A stretch of 64,000 nt of DNA, from positions 294-64,293 of the IMG/VR virus record IMGVR_UViG_3300025030_000097, one strand, 5' to 3'. Both the position numbers and the translations under genes were made by a program. The stretch is from a virus (lineage: Duplodnaviria; Caudoviricetes). Of the stretch, positions 10,477 to 20,796 are shown piece after piece. The notes below the pieces were generated by a model. It ran no database searches, had not been told where the DNA came from, and worked only from the letters and a program-made list of their open reading frames with translations. How positions within the stretch are numbered: the first letter of the stretch is position 1; each line of letters begins with the position of its first letter.

Positions 10477-10508
10477 ATTATATACACAATACTCATTAAA
10501 TTTATTAC
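10477..10508 (-). promoter_or_regulatory. GTRATAA-N16-GTATATAAT putative phage promoter
   Basis: Same motif and spacing at 36142, 42165 and 58129. Confidence 0.7.
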
Positions 10509-10514
10509 CAGAAA

Positions 10515-10526
10515 TGGTAATTACCA
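10515..10526. repeat. Palindrome copy 5 (TGGTAATTACCA)
   Basis: Upstream of the gltX SD. Confidence 0.9.
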
Positions 10527-10549
10527 AAATAACTAAAAGGAGACAAGAG

Positions 10550-11920
10550 ATGACAAAAGAATTCTGTCGTGTGGCCCCGTCCCCAACCGGGCGTTGCCAT
10601 TTGGGGACTGCAAGAACTGCTATATACAGCTACCTACATGCAAAACAGCGGGGCATGGGTTTTCTTATCCGCATGGAGGATTCAGATTTGCTGCGGTCAA
10701 AGCAAGAGTTCGCTGACGACATTATAGAAGGACTTTCTTGGCTTGGGATAGAATCGGACATACCTATTGTGTATCAAAGTGATCGTGGCGACATATACGC
10801 AAAATATGTAAATCAATTGTTAGCGGAAGGTAAAGCTTATAAGTGCTATTGTACACAAGAAAAATTAGAAGCAGATCGGGAGAGGAAACTAGCAGCAAAA
10901 GAGAAGCCGATTTACGACAGAACTTGCTTAGGACTTGATGAGCAGCCGGGCAAGCCTTTTACGGTGAGGTTGAAAGTGGATACCTACGGCGCTGTGACTT
11001 TTCGGGATGCTGTATACAAAAGGGTGAATGTGAGGAAGGCAGAAATTGGAGATTTTATTATTCAAAGAAGTGACGGTACAGTTGGGTATCTTCTATCTAA
11101 CGTAATTGACGATGCTTTGCAAAATGTTTCAGTAGTTATACGAGGAAAGGACGGGGTGAGCAACGCAGCTCCTCAAATTTTGTTGTACGAGGCTCTTGGT
11201 TTTCCGGCACCCTCTTACGCACATTCTGCCTTTATCTTGAATGAAAATATGATGAAGTTATCTAAAAGAAACGGGGATGCCTCACTACTGGACTATAGGA
11301 GCCAAGGTTACTTATCTCAGTCTCTTTTTAACGCCCTCGCAAGAATAGGGGCTAGTTTCGGGGATAGGGAACTGTTAAGTGTGAAGGAGATGGTAGAGCT
11401 ATTTGACCTAAAAAATCTTAGTAAGTCTGATGGCGTTTTCGACCCTCAAAAGCTCCTTAACATCAACAAGCATTGGATTAAACAGGCCGATCCAGAAAGA
11501 TTACAAACACTATTAACCCCATTTCTTTTAAAGGAACAAATAACCGAAGAGCAAATAGCCGAATTTAGTAAAGTATCTTCAGTAAGTAAGGCAATCCAAA
11601 CGCTACAAACTCGCTCGGCCACCCTTGTAGAAATGGCTCAAAAGGCTAAATTCTACTTCATAAGGCCAGCCTATTCGTCCATCAGTTTAACAGGAGTTCA
11701 AAAGGAAATTTTAAAGTCATTCATAGGCAGCTTAGAAAACAATTCAATAGACAAAGCCATAGAAGAGACATGCAAGCAAGCTAACTGCACGATAAAGGAA
11801 CTTGGGCCACCAGTGCGTCTTTCACTCTCAGGCTCTCTTGCAGCACCTGGAATAGTAGAAATCATTGAAGTTCTGGGGACCAAAGAAACTATTGAAAGGA
11901 TTAAATTGGTAATTACCTAA
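10550..11920 (+). CDS. gltX: Glutamyl-tRNA synthetase
   Basis: APSPTG..HLG (HIGH), R.ED.D, QSDR, AYKCYCT, IQRSDG, IDD, IRG.D, KLSKR (KMSKS); anticodon-binding C-terminus present. Confidence 0.92.
   Translation: MTKEFCRVAPSPTGRCHLGTARTAIYSYLHAKQRGMGFLIRMEDSDLLRSKQEFADDIIEGLSWLGIESDIPIVYQSDRGDIYAKYVNQLLAEGKAYKCYCTQEKLEADRERKLAAKEKPIYDRTCLGLDEQPGKPFTVRLKVDTYGAVTFRDAVYKRVNVRKAEIGDFIIQRSDGTVGYLLSNVIDDALQNVSVVIRGKDGVSNAAPQILLYEALGFPAPSYAHSAFILNENMMKLSKRNGDASLLDYRSQGYLSQSLFNALARIGASFGDRELLSVKEMVELFDLKNLSKSDGVFDPQKLLNINKHWIKQADPERLQTLLTPFLLKEQITEEQIAEFSKVSSVSKAIQTLQTRSATLVEMAQKAKFYFIRPAYSSISLTGVQKEILKSFIGSLENNSIDKAIEETCKQANCTIKELGPPVRLSLSGSLAAPGIVEIIEVLGTKETIERIKLVIT
11908..11919. repeat. Palindrome copy 6, overlapping the gltX stop
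   Basis: ...TTGGTAATTACCTAA. Confidence 0.9.
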
Positions 11921-11965
11921 ATCACCAGAAGTATATTTAATCTTAATCCAACAAGAGGAGCCTCT

Positions 11966-12325
11966 ATGAAGAAGCATATTAAGATCAGAGCGGAGCTGGT
12001 TGATAACAAAACTAGAGTCAAAATAACCATCCTGGAACAGTCTCACTTCCTAGACCACTTCGCAGGACGCAAAACAAGTTTTATAAATGAGACTCACGCA
12101 TTCTGTCACGGCAACCTCAGAATGGCTTCTCATGCCGGAAATCTTCCTAAATTCAGAATAGGCGGCCTAAACAGCGGAGTATTTAAGAAAAATGGCGTAG
12201 TAGACAAACTCTATGTAGCCCATTTTCCTTCTCAGTTACCAGCCACTTTCACAGTTACTTTAAAAGATTACCCAGCAATAAAAAAGTGTATCGAAGCTTA
12301 TAACTCATACGAATTCACTAAATAA
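11966..12325 (+). CDS. Paralogue family member
   Basis: MKKHIKIRAEL..VKITILEQSH...CIEAYNSY. Confidence 0.85.
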   Translation: MKKHIKIRAELVDNKTRVKITILEQSHFLDHFAGRKTSFINETHAFCHGNLRMASHAGNLPKFRIGGLNSGVFKKNGVVDKLYVAHFPSQLPATFTVTLKDYPAIKKCIEAYNSYEFTK

Positions 12326-12337
12326 GGAGCCAAACAA

Positions 12338-13707
12338 ATGTCTACTAAATCCTACGAAAACAATGAATTCTCCAAGTTCTCTAACAGAAACTCTAAAAAC
12401 CAAAACCAAGAAGAGCCGTCAAGAAGGAACATTCAGAAGGCTAGAGAGACAGCCATAAGTCAAGCGAGAAGAGTCAAGACCTCTATCAGATATGCTTAGA
12501 GACTATCTAATAATAGTTTTCTTCAGGCTACTTAAATCAATAGCCGTGGTGCGTAGAAATCCAAGGGAATTTAAAAAGGAAATCAAAGCCACGGTTAATG
12601 ACATCTTTCTGAGAGGAGGTTAAGATGAGCAGCATAGCAGAATTTCTAGTCCTTTACTTGCTCAAAGACATTAAAAAGGAACCTGTAAAGAGAATTCAGA
12701 AGCCAACTCCAGTAGTTAAATACGTGAAATCATTAGAGTCTCCGGTCTTGTTAAAAGAAACGGTGTGTGGGATGTGTTTGGTAGAATTACCTTCAGAAGA
12801 GCATTGCTGGGTTTCGGAAGATGACTTAGTTAAATTACAATAAGGACTCAGAAATGTACTCATACTTCATTATTGGCTCGGTAGCTTTGGGGATGATTTT
12901 GTGCGTAGTTTGTGCAGTTTACTCTTACTTGATAAAAAGGAGGGATTAAAATGACAAAAATCATAATAGCATACCTCCTAGTAATTCTGTCAGTTCTTCT
13001 TATAGTCTACGCTAGAATTCAGTCTCTTCACATGACTGAGGGAGAGGCTCTAATAGCTGGTTGGAAATTTTATTTAGGAGGAATTTGCTTAATTATTTCA
13101 TCAGTTTATTTCTCAAAATGTGCTACAAAATAACAAGGAGACCAAAATGGCCCACAATAAACTATCACTAAAAGAACAAGCAGAAGCAAGTTATTGGTGG
13201 CATTGTAAGGATGCTTTCAAAACTGTATTCAGTTTGAAAGCACTACCGTTTAGTGAGTGGCTGAACGCATTTAACTTGGTAGCAGGATTCTTCTTCTGGC
13301 TGTTCTGTATCTTGCTATTTCCCATAACAGTGCCCTTAGCGGGTTACACTAGAAAACGATACGCTAAGAAATTGGTAGAAAAGTACCGAAAAGACTATGA
13401 GAAGTAGTAAGGTAAATAAGTGTGCTGACTTATTTGTTCAATACATTTCAGCACACTTGTTTAACTTATCACTCAACATCACCAACCAACGTCAAACCAA
13501 AAAGAGGCCAATAAAATGAACTACAAAATATCCTACAACGAGTTTCTAGAATTCAAAAACAACTACCTTAAAGACAGTGATCCGCTCAAGACTTTCGGTA
13601 ACGCTTTCTGTGACACCTTCAAAATTGATAATGAATGCATAAGAAAAACTACTTCCGTAACTGCTGCCAGGATTATTATCGACTCATTAGTAGAGTGGAC
13701 TAACTAA
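12338..13707 (+). CDS. Run of small hypothetical proteins (12338-12499, 12625-12843, 12951-13133 TM, 13147-13407 TM, 13516-13707)
   Basis: SD plus ORF; hydrophobic segments. Confidence 0.55.
13408..13468. other. Long imperfect intergenic hairpin
   Basis: AAGTGTGCTGA/TCAGCACACTT core, extends to about 21 bp; 19-nt loop. Confidence 0.6.
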
Positions 13708-13716
13708 AGGGAGGTT

Positions 13717-14091
13717 ATGGGTATGAAAAGGCATCTGAAGGTTAGAGCTGAATTAGTAAGACCTGGCAATGAAGAGGTTAAGGTTACTATACTAGAGAAA
13801 GTTGCGGAGCCTAGTAAATTTAGTAAACGAGGAATGTCTCACCCAAGTCACCATTCAGGGGTGTTTAGGTATGAAGAAGTGCTTTTGATATCTACTAATT
13901 ACTTAAGTAGGTCTAGTTACTCTGGCTTTAAGTATAACACCGGTTGTCAAGCTAACATGCACTACTTTGAGATAGGCCCAACTTCAACCCTAACCCTCCC
14001 AATAGAAGTGCGGCCAAAGATTAAAAAGGCTATCGAAGCGTATAATGAATGGGGTGCTGAAAATCATATAGAGGAGGTTAATACGGAATGA
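13717..14091 (+). CDS. Paralogue family member
   Basis: KRHLKVRAEL...VKVTILEK...AIEAYNEWGA. Confidence 0.85.
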   Translation: MGMKRHLKVRAELVRPGNEEVKVTILEKVAEPSKFSKRGMSHPSHHSGVFRYEEVLLISTNYLSRSSYSGFKYNTGCQANMHYFEIGPTSTLTLPIEVRPKIKKAIEAYNEWGAENHIEEVNTE

Positions 14092-14378
14092 AACATTTAA
14101 AACTAAGAGCCAGACTCATTCCAAACTCCAAAGAAGCAATTGTTACTGTAGTTGAGCAGACACATGGAGGCGGTGCTTTTAGTGACCCGTATTTTGACTT
14201 CTTCGTCCACAAAGGATATAGAGTAAGTTCTAACCGCAGCTACGTAGTATGTATGGGAGCTAATACCCTGTGGCTCAGTGACGGACCTGGAGTAGAATTT
14301 AAAATACAGCAACTACAATGGCCTAAAATAAAACAGTTAGTAGAAGCGTACAACGAGTGGGGAGCAACTCAACCTTAA
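14088..14378 (+). CDS. Paralogue family member
   Basis: MKHLKLRARL...VVEQTH...LVEAYNEWGA; ATGA overlap with the previous gene. Confidence 0.85.
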   Translation: MKHLKLRARLIPNSKEAIVTVVEQTHGGGAFSDPYFDFFVHKGYRVSSNRSYVVCMGANTLWLSDGPGVEFKIQQLQWPKIKQLVEAYNEWGATQP

Positions 14379-14395
14379 CCTAGGAGGAACTTATT

Positions 14396-15387
14396 ATGCC
14401 AGTTGGAGAATTTGATTACGCAAAAGCCTTAATACCCGTCTACGATAGCTTGTATAACCGAGCCGTAGCACTCATGGACAGGTTCAACCCCTGCAATGTC
14501 TGCGATGGAGTTTGTGAGAGGCACCGGAGGCAAGAGGGTAAGAACTTCTGCTGTGACGGCTGTTTGTACTTGGGCAAAGAAGGCTGCAGCGTAAAGGCTC
14601 TGCAATGTAAACTCTGGATTTGCCGCTATGACCTTGTAGCACCTGTCAACAAAAGAGCCTTCGATTCAATTATGTGGGGTCTTATGATAGAGGCTGCTGG
14701 GTTTAATCTCTTGTACGCCAGAGGAAGTATGGAAGACGCTGTAGCACAGGCTTGTCGGTACTACATAGAGCACAAAGATGAAAGGGATAAACTCATGAAG
14801 GCTGCTGTAGATTTTCAACCCAAGCCTATCTTCTTTACCCCTCCCGTTTCTTCTTCGAGGGCTATGCAGGCAGCTTTTCCGGTTGCTTACGGTAGGCATG
14901 TTAGAGGTATGGATAGTATTTATACGGGTGCTTACAAGGCAGCTAAGCCTATTATTCCTAAAGAAGAACCTGTAGCTAAAAAAGAGGAACCAGCTAGACA
15001 CAACTCTTTTGCTTCCACCTACAAGAGCCTTTATGGGGAAGGTTTATTTGAAGCCTTCGAGCCGTCTCCAAAGTTCTTTAAAGAAGAAGAGCCTGTAGTC
15101 GAAGTAGCTACTGGGGATAAGGTATGAAACTAATACCTCCAGAAACTACTTTCGACATGGTTACGTTCGACCTAGAAAATCCTGTCATAGATCCTTTCGT
15201 AGAAAGGTTGAATGAACGAGAAAGGCTTGAAAGCGGGCACTGCTGGGTTTGTTGTAATGAGTTTGATAAAGGGTCTGGAAAAATACTCAGAGAATCAGAC
15301 CCTAATTGTTACGAAATAGCTAACCGTCTAGATGTTTGTCCAGCTTGTAGTGGAGTTATTAATCCAGACGCCTTTAATTTCTACTGA
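14396..15387 (+). CDS. Two Cys-rich hypothetical proteins (14396-15127, 15124-15387)
   Basis: C..C..C...CC..C...C...C...C cluster; CxxC pairs. Confidence 0.6.
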
Positions 15388-15399
15388 GGTGAAGAAATT

Positions 15400-15411
15400 G
15401 GTAATTACCTA
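15400..15411. repeat. Palindrome copy 7
   Basis: GGTAATTACCTATTTAGGAGG, 21 bp identical to 50279. Confidence 0.9.
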
Positions 15412-15425
15412 TTTAGGAGGAAACA

Positions 15426-15770
15426 ATGCCGGATAATAAAGAAAGGAGGTGGTATGGTGAAAGGAAATGGATAAAGTATCGTGCTAGACTGACTGAGGAT
15501 AGGAAGTCTGTGGCTGTTAATATTTTGGAACAGAGTCATAGGCATATGGAGTTTGGAAATACTTGCTTAGGGCACGAATTTACACATGAAGGGTACAGGT
15601 TAGGTAGTTATTCTTTCCCAGAGCAGATAAGAAATGACGCTACTTACTTGCAAGGAAATTTGAAAGATAGAGACGACACAACCCTCTACATGACCTTAGA
15701 AACGTACCAGAAGTTCAAAGCTACAGTTCTAGCTTATAACAAGTATTTTAAAGGCGACTCAGAAGATTAA
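15426..15770 (+). CDS. Paralogue family member
   Basis: KWIKYRARL...ILEQSH..EFG...TVLAYNKYF. Confidence 0.85.
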   Translation: MPDNKERRWYGERKWIKYRARLTEDRKSVAVNILEQSHRHMEFGNTCLGHEFTHEGYRLGSYSFPEQIRNDATYLQGNLKDRDDTTLYMTLETYQKFKATVLAYNKYFKGDSED

Positions 15771-15835
15771 CCTCTGAGTCTAACTTCCACCACTAGCCCT
15801 AAAAAGCTATACAAACATCCATAAGGAGAATAAAA

Positions 15836-16228
15836 ATGAAACACATTAAACTCGAAGTAGCAGCTAACCCGGAATTCAGCCAGACACTCATTCGCGTAGT
15901 TAGTCAGACCAACGTAGGCAAAAAGTTCGGTAACATGAAAGGCGACCTGCGTAAGTTCAAAGCATCCAACGGCCTTACAATCGCCAGCAACCTGTTCCCT
16001 GCAAAAGATGAGGACTTCAGGAACACTCAGACGATTTGGCTTCGGGGTCTTGGTTCGGAAGTTCAGAATGCTACTTGCCTTGCTCTCCCCAATGACGTAG
16101 CAGTTAAGCTTTGCGAGGCTGTCGAGGAGTATAATGAGTACTATACCCAGGCTAATATCAACGCCAGAGTTCGTGCCAAGCGTGAAGCCGAAGCCCTACG
16201 CAGTGGTCGTGTTGAGTACGTTGGGTAA
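15836..16228 (+). CDS. Paralogue family member with helical tail
   Basis: MKHIKL...SQTN..KFG...AVEEYNEYY. Confidence 0.85.
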   Translation: MKHIKLEVAANPEFSQTLIRVVSQTNVGKKFGNMKGDLRKFKASNGLTIASNLFPAKDEDFRNTQTIWLRGLGSEVQNATCLALPNDVAVKLCEAVEEYNEYYTQANINARVRAKREAEALRSGRVEYVG

Positions 16229-16340
16229 GTAGTTTTAGAAGCTGAATGTTCGAGTATTGTGCAGCTTCATTTTCACTATTTCCGTTAACCCTCTCAACTT
16301 CTAAAAGAGGTTGATACAAACATCCATGGAGGATATAAAA

Positions 16341-16802
16341 ATGAAACACATCAACGCTAAAGTAATGATTCTGCCGGAATTTAACAAAGGTCTGCTTAAA
16401 ATCACCGGCCAGACCCACATCAGCACTGCCTTCGGTAACTCTGATGACGGCAAAACCTTCACAGCTACTAACGGCATTACTCTCGGAAGTAACCGTCGTG
16501 TCGCTAGGGATGCTGACGAGGTAAACACCATCTGGCTGCGTGGTACTGATACTTCTAAAAATGACAACTCGCTTGCCATTCCGGTGAAACGTCTCGGTAA
16601 AGTTGTCGATGCTATTAAGGAGTATAATGAGTACTATTCGCAGAGTCGTATTAACGAAAGGGTACGTCTTAAGCGTGCAGCAGAAGCCGAAGCAGCGCGT
16701 CAAGCACTTATCGAAGCAGTTCGTCAGGCTGAACTCGCAAGGCAAGCTGAACTGGCTCGTCGTGCTGTTACCTTCTCTTCCTGCACGTTCATCGTAGGTT
16801 AA
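16341..16802 (+). CDS. Paralogue family member with helical tail (duplicate of 15836)
   Basis: MKHIN...GQTH..AFG...TIWLRG...AIKEYNEYY; GGAGG SD. Confidence 0.85.
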   Translation: MKHINAKVMILPEFNKGLLKITGQTHISTAFGNSDDGKTFTATNGITLGSNRRVARDADEVNTIWLRGTDTSKNDNSLAIPVKRLGKVVDAIKEYNEYYSQSRINERVRLKRAAEAEAARQALIEAVRQAELARQAELARRAVTFSSCTFIVG

Positions 16803-16809
16803 TTAAAAA

Positions 16810-17145
16810 GTGCCTCCGCGAGAGCATAGGCACATAAAGTACAGAGCTGAATTGTTGAGTTGTAGGAGTCGGGTTAAAGTCACGGTCCTTGAACAAACCC
16901 ACAGGGACCGTGACTTTGCTTTACCGGAGGATGGTATAGACAGATACTCAGATGGTGTGAGTTTTGTACACGAGAATTTTATACTTGGAAGCTGGTCTTA
17001 TCCAGAGTTTTTAAGTGGTAGTGACTGGGTGGCTGTGAGAGGTGGTTACAAAGGAGAAGACCACAAACCCATAACATTCCCAACTCTACAATCTTACAAC
17101 GATTTTAAAGCTGCTGTGCTTGCCTACAATGAGAGGTATAAGTAA
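16810..17145 (+). CDS. Paralogue family member
   Basis: RHIKYRAEL...VLEQTH..DF...AVLAYNERY. Confidence 0.8.
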   Translation: MPPREHRHIKYRAELLSCRSRVKVTVLEQTHRDRDFALPEDGIDRYSDGVSFVHENFILGSWSYPEFLSGSDWVAVRGGYKGEDHKPITFPTLQSYNDFKAAVLAYNERYK

Positions 17146-17201
17146 CTAAAATTAACAATCTGGCTCCAAACTGAGTCATACAAACTAAAGGAGGATTCTT
17201 T

Positions 17202-17784
17202 ATGAAACGACAGAATTTTGATGCGCGAGTAACTGTAAAGAGAGAAGCCGCCGTAGAGAGGGCCGCTGAAAGGTCTAATAGGACTCCGCAGGAGCAGCTT
17301 GACATTCTCGACAGTAGGCTTGGAAAAGGAGTTGGTGCGGTAAAAGAGAGGGCTAAACTGCTATCAATCATCAATAAGCAGGAGGGTTAATATGAGAGAA
17401 ATCCAAGAAGGGGATATTGTTAAGAGCAGTTATCATAGCATCTATGTAGGAATTGTTGGAAGGATTTTTGAGGAGGATGGAGAAAGGATCGCAAAAATAA
17501 TATACAAATATGGCAGCGTTCTTGTAGGGGACGAATACAATCTCGAAGACCTTACTCTATATGAAAATCTACCAACCTTTGAGGCTGAAATAACAGGACT
17601 CGGTTGCGGTAGACACTTAATTAGAACTAACGCAAACAATGAAGAGGAGGCTGTCTGCTGGTTTAGCAAATTTCTCAAAGGGGATGTAACAGACGTGCTT
17701 GGCAGGCACATATTAGAAATTGTTAAAAAATCGAGCAAGTCAGACGCTTCCTCACTCATCGTAACTTATATCAAAGCAGTTTAA
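17202..17784 (+). CDS. Two hypothetical proteins (17202-17390; 17392-17784, paralogue of 20789)
   Basis: SD plus ORF; MREI..GD.V start shared with 20789. Confidence 0.65.
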
Positions 17785-17796
17785 CCACTAACAAAA

Positions 17797-17810
17797 TAGG
17801 TAATTACCTA
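17797..17810. repeat. Palindrome copy 8, perfect 14-mer TAGGTAATTACCTA
   Basis: Intergenic. Confidence 0.95.
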
Positions 17811-17829
17811 AATCAACGGAGGGAACAAA

Positions 17830-19407
17830 ATGAAAGATTTGTTGAAAACTACTGGCACGGTTTTGAGAAAACATGGTCTTCCTGATGCAATGCTTGAGAA
17901 ACTGCACGATCAGATGCGTGATGCGAAGAGTGGCCTTGACTCCACTCTCGGTCTTACAGAAGCCACTCTGTTCCGTAAGTCTATTCCGCTTGCTCATAAC
18001 GAGGCGGATGTTCGTAAGGATTATCCGCAGACCTATTCGGTGATTGCTCACGTTCTCCATCAGGCAATTCAGGCAGGTTCCCCGATTGACTTGGGTTCTG
18101 TTTCTCTGATTGAAAATACCGTGAAGGTTAAGAATCAGGAAAGCAAGCTGTCTAGGGTGCTCGCAAAACAACTTAAAGGGCAAGAGGAAGTGCTCAAGTA
18201 TTGTATGCCTGAACTCGGTATCAGCAAACCTGAGCAGTTTCTTCCTAAACTTGGCGATATAGTAAAGTCTGGACGGCAACTTTGGGTTTCGACCAACATA
18301 CTGGATTTTCTGTATGCTTCGGAACATGCCTCCTTTACTTCTTGCCATTCCCTTAGGGGTTGCCACTTCAACGGTAACTTGGCATACGCTAGGGACGGAC
18401 TTACTCTAATAACCTTCGTTTCTGACGAAAAGGCAACCACAGCACAACATGAAATATACAAGCTGGGGAGGAGCTGGATGTTCGTCGTGGATAACACAAT
18501 TATTCAGCCCAAGTCCTATGGCGCTTACTACGATTTTGAAAGGGATATGGCGAGGCTGTTTGTAGAAGAGAAGATCGCGGAGTCTCTTGGGGTTGAGAAC
18601 AAGTGGAAAATCAAGCGCGGTGCGAGTATCAGCGAGGTGTATTTTGAAACCCCTCAAGATAAGTATTCCGGCAGTGGTGCGCTCTACCTCGACAACTACG
18701 ATCTGGACATCTCCTACATGGGTTCGTATAACTCACCCAGCGTAGAGTTTTCAGCGGCAATGTGCTTGGAGTGCGGGCAGACTACTGACTACGCTTCTAA
18801 GGGTGTTTGCAGTGACCATGACGGCAAGATCAAAGCCACCTGCCCGATCTGCGGAGAAAGGCATCTCACGCATAATATGTACAACGTTGGCGGGGAGCAC
18901 GGCACTGTCTGCTCGACATGCTTTACCAGAGAGTTTGGTCAGTGCAGTCATTGTGGCAACTATCACCGCAAGAGTGATCTGGAAACTATCGACGGTAGAT
19001 TCGTTTGTGCTCCCTGCAAGCAAAATCACTACACCACCTGCGATTGCTGTGGTACCTTTAGTAAGAAAGATAAGCTGGCTAATCTGAAGGGTGTAGGGAA
19101 TGCTTGCCTTTCATGCCAAGATAAGTACATGCTCTGCTCAGTTTGTGGTGACTATCATCTTAAATCTGACGTTGAGTACTACAAATACGTTGGGAGGGTG
19201 TGCAAAGTATGCGTAGAATTCAGCACATTCACCTGTACTTCGTGCGGAGAGGTTCATCCTATCTCCGACAGAAAGGTAACTGAAAAAGAGTCCCTCTGCC
19301 CTGCTTGTGAGGCTCGTAGGGAAGGCAAAGAAGTTACACTTAAGTTTAAGCCTAAGTACGCTGATCTTCCTGAAGGTTGGGACGACTATGTAGAAGAAGT
19401 CGGCTAA
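17830..19407 (+). CDS. Phage protein with FTSCHS motif and C-terminal tandem CxxC zinc-ribbon array
   Basis: About 11 CxxC pairs in the last ~190 aa. Confidence 0.75.
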   Translation: MKDLLKTTGTVLRKHGLPDAMLEKLHDQMRDAKSGLDSTLGLTEATLFRKSIPLAHNEADVRKDYPQTYSVIAHVLHQAIQAGSPIDLGSVSLIENTVKVKNQESKLSRVLAKQLKGQEEVLKYCMPELGISKPEQFLPKLGDIVKSGRQLWVSTNILDFLYASEHASFTSCHSLRGCHFNGNLAYARDGLTLITFVSDEKATTAQHEIYKLGRSWMFVVDNTIIQPKSYGAYYDFERDMARLFVEEKIAESLGVENKWKIKRGASISEVYFETPQDKYSGSGALYLDNYDLDISYMGSYNSPSVEFSAAMCLECGQTTDYASKGVCSDHDGKIKATCPICGERHLTHNMYNVGGEHGTVCSTCFTREFGQCSHCGNYHRKSDLETIDGRFVCAPCKQNHYTTCDCCGTFSKKDKLANLKGVGNACLSCQDKYMLCSVCGDYHLKSDVEYYKYVGRVCKVCVEFSTFTCTSCGEVHPISDRKVTEKESLCPACEARREGKEVTLKFKPKYADLPEGWDDYVEEVG

Positions 19408-19418
19408 AGCTTCTTCAA

Positions 19419-19457
19419 GGCTGTCTAGTTTCGCTTTTGTTAGGAGGCTAGACAGCC
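19419..19457. other. Intergenic hairpin
   Basis: GGCTGTCTAG...CTAGACAGCC, 10 bp perfect plus G-U extension. Confidence 0.6.
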
Positions 19458-19497
19458 ACTGTAAGTAAACTTGGAAGAACCTAAAGGGGGACATATA

Positions 19498-20796
19498 ATG
19501 GGTTATAAATTAAACACAATTCAAGAAGTGCTGGAAATGCCTACTGACGAAATGATTCCAGCCTGCACAGATTTCTTGCTAGACTACTTTGAGGCGGATA
19601 AAAATTCTGATCCGAAGGTTTACGTTTTGGAGGATGATTTCGTATATGCCATTGGAGAAAGTCCTATCACTATCGTAGCGCACGTTGATACGGTCCGCGA
19701 TAGGTACATGCAAAAAGTGCCCACAAAAAATACTGCCAACATAGTTCTTTGCGGTCCTAAGAAAGATGATTCGATGGTTCTTTGTCAAGACAGAAATGTT
19801 ATCACAAATCTTAACGGAGTTCTGGGGGCTGATGATAGGGCGGGAGTTTTCGGGTGCCTTGAGATAATCAGACGTTGCAGCGAGGCGGGCTTACCTTTGC
19901 CAAGTGTCATTCTTACTAACGGTGAAGAAAGTGGTGGGATCGGTGTCGGAGCATTTTGCAGGTCTAAAATCTTTGAAGAGCAGGACAAAGGAAGGACCAA
20001 ACTGTTCGTAGAAATGGACCGCTGCAACGCTACAGAATGGGTTACTTACGGTGCTAAACTACCTGCGGAAGTAGTTGCTTACGTTGAGTCATTCGGCTTC
20101 CATAAAGGACATGGGTCATATTCTGATATAGCAGACTTGCAGGAGGAGTATTTGATTCCTGCCGTTAACGTAAGTATCGGATATTATTCACAGCACTCGG
20201 CTTGCGAAAAACTTCATGTGGATGAGATGTATCTAACCATTGAGAGAGTTTTTCAAATGGTTAAAGATCCGATTGACAAACTCTATAAAGTAGATGCTGA
20301 CGTTAAGGGCTACGGATGGGACGAAGATTGGTACAACCATTATAACCCAAAAAACTATGTCAGTACCAACCACAACAAACCCAAAACAGAAACTCCTAAA
20401 ACAAATACTAACAAGACTACCAAGGGTGTTACTTCGTTCCCGCAAAACAAGCCGGGCAAAACTTCTGTCGATAATGCTCTGGATGCTATTACGAGGGGTG
20501 GATTCTGCATCAGTTGTGGGCATATCTGGAGTGATTGTGAGTGCGGCGAAATGCTTAAGGACGTTGCGGCATACATGTATAAAGAAGAGATAGAGTTCCT
20601 CTTAGAGAACTATCTGTTTCCAGAAGATTCTATGCACGTGCTTCTTACTGCATTTTTGGAAATGGAAAATGAAAAGATTGAAGCAATAGACGTTGATGTT
20701 GTGACTGACGAAGGAACCAAGCTACTGATTCAAAATAACGCCGTCGAGCAGTTTGCTAAAGAATCTGAGAATAATGAGGGGGTAGGAAATGCGTGA
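19498..20796 (+). CDS. M28/M20-like zinc peptidase
   Basis: AHVDTV, LGADDRAG, GEESGG, MDR, GSYSD, GYY.QH. Confidence 0.85.
   Translation: MGYKLNTIQEVLEMPTDEMIPACTDFLLDYFEADKNSDPKVYVLEDDFVYAIGESPITIVAHVDTVRDRYMQKVPTKNTANIVLCGPKKDDSMVLCQDRNVITNLNGVLGADDRAGVFGCLEIIRRCSEAGLPLPSVILTNGEESGGIGVGAFCRSKIFEEQDKGRTKLFVEMDRCNATEWVTYGAKLPAEVVAYVESFGFHKGHGSYSDIADLQEEYLIPAVNVSIGYYSQHSACEKLHVDEMYLTIERVFQMVKDPIDKLYKVDADVKGYGWDEDWYNHYNPKNYVSTNHNKPKTETPKTNTNKTTKGVTSFPQNKPGKTSVDNALDAITRGGFCISCGHIWSDCECGEMLKDVAAYMYKEEIEFLLENYLFPEDSMHVLLTAFLEMENEKIEAIDVDVVTDEGTKLLIQNNAVEQFAKESENNEGVGNA

Noticed and set aside
12535-12602. GEMM (c-di-GMP/cGAMP) riboswitch, suggested by CAAAGCCACGG and TAGCCG
   Set aside because: Elements are in the wrong order and the GNRA-capped P2 stem is missing
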